64,000 nt of DNA from the IMG/VR virus record IMGVR_UViG_3300005264_000001, positions 28,962 through 92,961 of that record. The stretch is one strand, 5' to 3'. This DNA is from a virus. Numbering within the stretch: the stretch's first letter is position 1; each line of letters begins with the position of its first letter. The notes beneath the pieces were generated by a model that saw only the letters and a list, made by a program, of their open reading frames with translations, searched no databases and was not told the DNA's origin. Shown one piece after another: positions 58,555 through 64,000 of the stretch. Position numbers and translations under genes: made by a program.

Positions 58555-58932
58555 ATGAATGAAATTATAGAAAACTTGGAAAGAAAAATAGATGAAAACT
58601 CTGCAAGAATAGAGATTTTAGAGGAAGAAAATAAGACATTAAAGACACAAAATACAAAAATATTGACACAAAATAATACTGTAAATGTTCGATTTTCTCG
58701 ATTATATGGAGAGTCCGTAGCTACATTAAGAATAAAAAGTGAGCTCGAAAAACTCGGAAAAGATTCTCTTACTTTAAAAGAATTGAACAAATATTTTGGT
58801 GTTTATGTCAAAAAATCACTTGGATTTGGTGTAAATAAGACTAGATTATATATGGATTATGTAATGAATGAGTTCGGATATAATAAAATTATGAAAGACA
58901 GGTCAGTTTTATATGTGAGGAAAAATAAATGA
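58555..58932 (+). CDS. coiled-coil plus putative DNA-binding protein
   Basis: Paralogous to 58929-59261 (G.NK.R.Y..Y.M). Confidence 0.55.
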   Translation: MNEIIENLERKIDENSARIEILEEENKTLKTQNTKILTQNNTVNVRFSRLYGESVATLRIKSELEKLGKDSLTLKELNKYFGVYVKKSLGFGVNKTRLYMDYVMNEFGYNKIMKDRSVLYVRKNK

Positions 58933-59261
58933 ATATAGAAGATAGATTAAAAACAGTAGAAGATAGATTACTTTCTATTGATTTAAGAGTATATTCTGAT
59001 ATTAATAAGTTAAAAGACAAAGTATTAGAATTAGAAGGTATACGAATATATTCAGAGTATAAAGAGTTTACGGCTAAATTAAGAAGTGAGAACACAAAGA
59101 ATACTATTTTATTGAAAGACTTATTAATAAAGTACTTAGATTTAATTAAACGTGAGTTAAAATGTGGTACTAACAAAGCTAGAAAATATATTGAGTATAT
59201 TATGTCTGATTCACACACAAAATCAAGAACAAAAGAAGGAGTTATATATACTAAAAAATGA
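58929..59261 (+). CDS. paralogue of 58555-58932
   Basis: CGTNKARKYIEYIM. Confidence 0.55.
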   Translation: MNIEDRLKTVEDRLLSIDLRVYSDINKLKDKVLELEGIRIYSEYKEFTAKLRSENTKNTILLKDLLIKYLDLIKRELKCGTNKARKYIEYIMSDSHTKSRTKEGVIYTKK

Positions 59262-59917
59262 AGACAAGCGAGTTAATAAACATTAGAAACTTCTTATATG
59301 AGACTGATGCTCCACATCATTTAACCACGACACTAACTAAAGAAATCAATAAAAAGTATCTCAAATTAAGTGATTTCACGTCAAATAAGAAGAAATTGTA
59401 TACTGCATTGATTAATTGGTACATAAATAAGTATAATATGACTCAACATATAACTAATATACGTCTAGATGTAGAGTATTTGAGTCTAAAAGATTTAACA
59501 CAAGGTTATATTAAAAGAAATCCTTATGAAAATAGGTTTGATATTAAAATGAAACCTAACTCTAATATAATAGAGGAGATTGATACTTTAATACATGAAC
59601 TAACACATTATAAACAATATATAAGTGGTAGTATGAAAGATTTACAGGATAAAACTATACAATTCAATGAGATATCCTATAAATTATCAGACACTCCTTA
59701 TGAGGAGCAACCATAGGAGATTGAAGCAGAGAAAACAGCAAAAGAGTTAACAATAGACTTCTTATTATATATAAGGTTCACATATCCAATCAAAAAGAGT
59801 TTGGAATTGTTTAATATATTAAGAGAAGAAATGGAATCACTCGCTGGATATCTAGATATATTAGAACACACAGACAGTGAATTAAGATATATGAAATTAT
59901 ACGACACATTATATTAA
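59258..59917 (+). pseudogene. HExxH metallopeptidase-like gene with in-frame TAG at 59714-59716
   Basis: HELTHYKQY...YEEQP*EIEA; frame stays open to a TAA 1 nt before the next ATG. Confidence 0.7.
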
Positions 59918-59918
59918 A

Positions 59919-60431
59919 ATGGAAAGAAACGAAAAAATAGCACAATTAAAAGAAGAATTACAGACTCTTGAAAAAGAAGAAATGATAAATAATAATTATT
60001 TAGAAGACCATAAAGATGAGTTAAATTTATTTGAACTTAATTTGAGAAATAAATTACTAGAAGTAGAAAAGTATCATAAAAAGATAGTTGAACTAAAAGA
60101 CAAACATATAAAATATTCTTATACATTTGTTAATTCAATAGAACATTACAAAAGATTATTAATGTTTGTAGTAGAACGAGATGAAAAATATATCGATAAT
60201 TATTATAAATATATACACAGTCAACATTTCGAAGAGGATTTGTATATTAATGGTAAAGATTTGACTGAATTATCAATGTGTTATGATGAGGATGATGAGG
60301 ATGATATTTATGAAAATTGTTTTGAATTAAACAAAAATAACATTGTAACAATAAAGAAACTATCCTTAGAACAATACTTCAATAAATTAAATTTACATTC
60401 AACAAGTATTTTACAAAATAATAAACAATAA
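59919..60431 (+). CDS. hypothetical protein
   Basis: 170-aa ORF. Confidence 0.55.
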   Translation: MERNEKIAQLKEELQTLEKEEMINNNYLEDHKDELNLFELNLRNKLLEVEKYHKKIVELKDKHIKYSYTFVNSIEHYKRLLMFVVERDEKYIDNYYKYIHSQHFEEDLYINGKDLTELSMCYDEDDEDDIYENCFELNKNNIVTIKKLSLEQYFNKLNLHSTSILQNNKQ

Positions 60432-60461
60432 GTTTATAAACACTTAACTTATTTAATTTTT

Positions 60462-60890
60462 ATGAGTCTTGAAAAGATACTCCATGAGCAACCTTTCGAA
60501 CCATCAAAACACGATGTTATCGTCAAGAATATAGACAAAAGATTAAAACGACTAAATAACCCGTACACAAAAGTGTTACACAACGCAGAATACTACAAAA
60601 CGGATGTAAACACACGTAAACAAACGTACAATACAAGATATCCATTACAAGCAGTTAGTGATGCAGATAACTTCGCAACACATGTAAATAAACACTCAAA
60701 ACGTATAATATACATTGAGGTTAAGAGTTCTATGTCAAAAAATTTAAACCAAAAGGCTAAGAAGCAATTAATAAGAGCAAAACAATATTTCTCACGTCAC
60801 CCAGAAACAAAAGATTATCAATTTTATGGTTTTATACTCAGAACACCTACTACTGACCCTAAAGATTATATTATAAAGAGATATAACTAA
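60462..60890 (+). CDS. PD-(D/E)xK-like nuclease
   Basis: DAD...IYIEVKS...KQL. Confidence 0.6.
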   Translation: MSLEKILHEQPFEPSKHDVIVKNIDKRLKRLNNPYTKVLHNAEYYKTDVNTRKQTYNTRYPLQAVSDADNFATHVNKHSKRIIYIEVKSSMSKNLNQKAKKQLIRAKQYFSRHPETKDYQFYGFILRTPTTDPKDYIIKRYN

Positions 60891-60961
60891 CAAAACGAAA
60901 ACACACAACACACAACACACAAAAACGAAATACTTATAAATACATAAGTATTTTTTATTCT

Positions 60962-61906
60962 ATGGAAGAATCAATTCATAAATTTGACAAGATAAAAAGA
61001 GAAGGAGCACAAAAAGCTAGTAACTTTACTCCTGATGAAGATATTTACAAAACTGAAAAAGTAGATGGGGCAAACGCAAGATTCTTTAAAGGAACAGACC
61101 CAGTTGAAATAAGATTTGCTACAAGAAATACTGTATTTGTTTCATCTAAACATACTGATTATAAAGCAGATGGTTATGGAAGTTTTCAAGTAGCAGTAGA
61201 TTATATTAATAATCATTTAACAGTTGATGACTTAGAAGATGATAAAATTTACTTTGGTGAATGTATGACTAAACATTCTATTAATTATGATTGGTTAAAT
61301 TCTCCTCGATTCATTCTATTTGATATTTATGATACAACAAACAAAACATATTTACGATTAGATAAACTTAGAGAATTTACATCAAAACATGATATGGAAC
61401 TTATACCTGTATTATTTGAAGGTAAATATAAAGATATGCCTACAGATATTCCACAATCTAAATATGGAAATGTACAAGCAGAAGGTTTTGTAATCAAACC
61501 ACAAGAGTGTTCTTATGATGTTACAGGAAATATTCACAGAGCAAAAGTAGTAGGTGAACAATTCAAAGAAGCAAAGAAAGAAGCATGGGGTTCTAGTGGA
61601 AATCCAGTAGAAAGATTTTGTAATAAGTTCTGTACAGTTGCGAGAATTGACAAACTATTACACAAGTTAGTAGATTATGGTGCATTAGAAGATTTAGAAG
61701 AAATGTCTATCTTAAAAAAGATTGGTTTAATTGAATATGAATTATCAAAAGATATTTGTACAGAAGAGTTCAAAGCATTAAGAAAATTAGGAGTAATTAA
61801 TTTCGCTGAAATCAAAAGAGAAGTTATCATAAGAATTAAAAGATTTATTTCATACGTTCCACCTGAAAATAAGATTGAATTAAACACACAAACGAAAGAC
61901 TTATAA
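60962..61906 (+). CDS. ATP-dependent RNA ligase (Rnl2-like)
   Basis: TEKVDGAN, FGE, FILFDI, EGFVIK and AKVV motifs; C-terminal T..RI domain. Confidence 0.85.
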   Translation: MEESIHKFDKIKREGAQKASNFTPDEDIYKTEKVDGANARFFKGTDPVEIRFATRNTVFVSSKHTDYKADGYGSFQVAVDYINNHLTVDDLEDDKIYFGECMTKHSINYDWLNSPRFILFDIYDTTNKTYLRLDKLREFTSKHDMELIPVLFEGKYKDMPTDIPQSKYGNVQAEGFVIKPQECSYDVTGNIHRAKVVGEQFKEAKKEAWGSSGNPVERFCNKFCTVARIDKLLHKLVDYGALEDLEEMSILKKIGLIEYELSKDICTEEFKALRKLGVINFAEIKREVIIRIKRFISYVPPENKIELNTQTKDL

Positions 61907-61929
61907 ATATAAACATATTTATATTTATT

Positions 61930-62295
61930 ATGTATGAAAGAAAACAAACATATGACATGAAAGAAGTATTTGACTTCTTGAAAGAAAATCAAGGCTCTCC
62001 TAAAAGAAAAAACGATAGATGTAATTTTAACGGTGAGATGATTAAAACTTATTCTTTAAGATATCTTACATTTCAACAATCAGGAACAATTTGTACTAAA
62101 TGTGGATTGAAAGGAGAATATTTTGCTATGGAAAGAGACCAAGGTACAACCTATCATTTTAATTTATATGGACATGATAATACAAATAAAGAAGTTATGT
62201 TATGTAAACAACTTGTTGGAAAAGAAGATAGTGGTAAGAAAATTTACACTACTATGTGTTATAATTGTATTTGTACAAAATCGAAAGACTTATAA
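61930..62295 (+). CDS. degenerate HNH-like Zn protein
   Basis: CTKC...MCYNC; catalytic DH not visible. Confidence 0.45.
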   Translation: MYERKQTYDMKEVFDFLKENQGSPKRKNDRCNFNGEMIKTYSLRYLTFQQSGTICTKCGLKGEYFAMERDQGTTYHFNLYGHDNTNKEVMLCKQLVGKEDSGKKIYTTMCYNCICTKSKDL

Positions 62296-62500
62296 AGAGT
62301 AAACGATTCTTATTATTATGAGTTGAGAGACACGATAAAGTGAGTACCTCCAACTAGTCTAAAAGACAATGAGTTTGATATTGAATACTCGCACAAAATG
62401 TATTCCGAGGACTGAGAAGCAGCGACTCGTAAGTGATAAGTCATTATCATATGTAACTTCATTGTAATCCTCTGAATAGAGGTAGTTACTCTTATATAAC

Positions 62501-62572
62501 AGTCCTTTGGTGTATCAGGAAACACGTAGGTCTTTGGAACCTTCACGGGGAGTTCGAGACTCTCAGGGACTA
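62501..62572 (+). tRNA. tRNA-Gln(UUG), A1:U72, no encoded CCA
   Basis: Full cloverleaf AGTCCTT/AGGGACT; loop CT-TTG-GA. Confidence 0.9.
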
Positions 62573-62654
62573 TTTCTTTAATTCTAATAAACTGATTTCG
62601 AAATAAACACAAAAGTTCGAATACATTTAAAAGAGAATATTGACAATACTTATT

Positions 62655-63101
62655 ATGGATAAATTTAAAAAATGCACTAAGTGTAGTGAAATAAAATCTA
62701 TTGAGGAATTTAGTTGGAAAAATAAACCAAAAAATAAAAGACAATCTCAGTGTAAGAGCTGTCAGAAAATTAGTCACAAAGCTAGTTATGAGAAAAATAA
62801 AGAACATTACATAAAGAAAAGTAGTGCAAGTAATAAAAAGAGAAGAGAAGATATGCATAATTATTTGAGAGATTACACAAAAGATGGGTGTGTAGATTGT
62901 GGTGAAAAAGATTATGTTTGTCTGGATTTTGACCATATACTTGAAAGAGGAGAAAAGAGTTTTGAAATTTCCTATGGATTACAAGCATATTCACTAAGTA
63001 AGATAAAAGAAGAGTTGAAAAAATGTGATGTTGTATGTTCAAACTGTCATAGAAAGAGAACCGCTAACCGAGGAAATTGGTATAAAACGAAAACTTTATA
63101 A
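62655..63101 (+). CDS. HNH endonuclease between tRNA genes
   Basis: CVDCG...LDFDHI...CDVVCSNCHRKRT; N-terminal CxxC pair. Confidence 0.85.
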   Translation: MDKFKKCTKCSEIKSIEEFSWKNKPKNKRQSQCKSCQKISHKASYEKNKEHYIKKSSASNKKRREDMHNYLRDYTKDGCVDCGEKDYVCLDFDHILERGEKSFEISYGLQAYSLSKIKEELKKCDVVCSNCHRKRTANRGNWYKTKTL

Positions 63102-63207
63102 ATAGAAGTCAATTCTTATATATTATAAGTTGAAGATTGTGGGTTCAAGTCTCATCTGATGCTCTTTAAAGGGAATGTGATGCCTTTTCAATCCAAACCA
63201 CAATATT

Positions 63208-63289
63208 GAAAATGTAACAAAGTGGCCAAATGTGGCTGGTTTAGAACCAGTTCCTTATAGGTTCACAGGTTCGAATCCTGTCATTTTCA
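63208..63289 (+). tRNA. tRNA-Leu(UAG), no encoded CCA
   Basis: GAAAATG/CATTTTC acceptor; GCTGG-TTTAGAA-CCAGT arm; long variable arm; A73. Confidence 0.9.
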
Positions 63290-63598
63290 TTAAATCCTCC
63301 CCTTTCATATATAATGCCCTTCGTCGGACTAATTATCCAATGTTGCGCTAAAAAGTGTGGTGATTCGCACTAATTAAATGTTCAACTGTTTATGGTTGTT
63401 ATGTATATAAGCTTTATTTAATTTGCTTGTGTCTTAGATTCTCTATTTGGGATTTGTTTTTTATTATTGTCGTTTTTATGGCATTACTTGGTATTTTGAA
63501 CGGAATTTATATAGGTATGCATGCCAATATATAGATTCCAACATATTTTAATTCTATTAAATACAAAGATTTATAAACTAAAGAGTATTACTATTAGT

Positions 63599-64000
63599 AT
63601 GGTAAGAGAAATCATAAATAAAATAAATAAAGAGAATGGCTCAACTTATAAGTTGAATGTTTTAAAAGAACACAAAGACAACGAATTATTACAAAGAGTT
63701 CTTAAAATGACATACGATATTGTCACTTATTCTTATGGAATTACTTTAAAGAATATTGAATACACAAGTTCAGTTAAAGCTTTCCCAAGTCTTGAACTTG
63801 CTTTAAATATATTAGAAACAGAATTTTGCACAAGAATTGTTACAGGAAATAAGGCAAAAGAACTATTACAAAATGTGTTAAATACCTTAAATGAAGAAGA
63901 CGGAAAGATTATTGTAGGGATTATTGAAAGAGACCAACATTTAGGAATTGGTAAATCAACTATCAACAAAGTCTGGAAGAATCTAGTTGTTAAACCACCT
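63599..64000 (+). CDS. lig: T4 gp30-like ATP-dependent DNA ligase, N-terminal part (truncated by the window; absent from the ORF track)
   Basis: Manual translation MVREIINKINKENGSTYKLNVLKEHKDNELLQRVLKMTY...RIVTGNKA...RDQHLGIGKSTINKVWKNLVVKPP. Confidence 0.8.
   Translation, partial: MVREIINKINKENGSTYKLNVLKEHKDNELLQRVLKMTYDIVTYSYGITLKNIEYTSSVKAFPSLELALNILETEFCTRIVTGNKAKELLQNVLNTLNEEDGKIIVGIIERDQHLGIGKSTINKVWKNLVVKPP

Noticed and set aside
60890-60930. ACACACA tandem repeat
   Set aside because: Short low-complexity spacer before a promoter; no further support for function
62316-62936. 206-aa minus-strand ORF
   Set aside because: Antisense to tRNA-Gln and the HNH gene; low-complexity composition
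63128-63208. C/D-box sRNA reading (CTGA and TGATG-like boxes)
   Set aside because: Boxes are degenerate and guide lengths too long; the T-arm reading fits better
1-64000. Genome-wide stop-codon reassignment (TAG or TGA)
   Set aside because: Long genes are intact in the standard code and several end in TAG or TGA; only one internal TAG was seen

Overview
A 64-kb, very AT-rich segment of a tailed dsDNA virus with a contractile tail (myovirus-like). The host is most likely an archaeon, possibly DPANN (inference). Evidence: BRE/TATA-type promoters sit 21-25 nt upstream of leaderless ATGs, and tRNA-Gln has the archaeal A1:U72 pair. Positions 1-36.3 kb are mostly the minus-strand morphogenesis module: terminase, portal-MuF, protease, scaffold, major capsid, LamG fibre, neck, sheath, tube, frameshifted chaperone, tape measure, baseplate and tail fibre. 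Small early-promoter gene islands interrupt this module. Positions 36.4-57.6 kb are minus-strand early and replication genes: SF3-type helicase, RtcB, AEP-like protein, class II CCA-type enzyme, phosphoesterase, DUF5664-like protein and a Mesh1-like alarmone hydrolase. A repeat-rich strand-switch region at 57.6-58.5 kb is followed by a plus-strand block with an RNA ligase, HNH genes, tRNA-Gln, tRNA-Leu and a T4-like DNA ligase cut off by the window end. The most notable items are: (1) a late-expressed RelA/SpoT small alarmone synthetase in a two-gene operon inside the head module, sharing a putative capsid-loading motif with small late proteins, plus an early alarmone hydrolase elsewhere; (2) a cluster of tRNA-like RNAs with normal acceptor, D and T arms but aberrant anticodon arms, alongside a full RNA end-repair kit; (3) dispersed near-identical promoter and start-codon cassettes whose TATA box often supplies the stop codon of the upstream gene. 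All protein calls come from motif recognition by eye; no database search was run.
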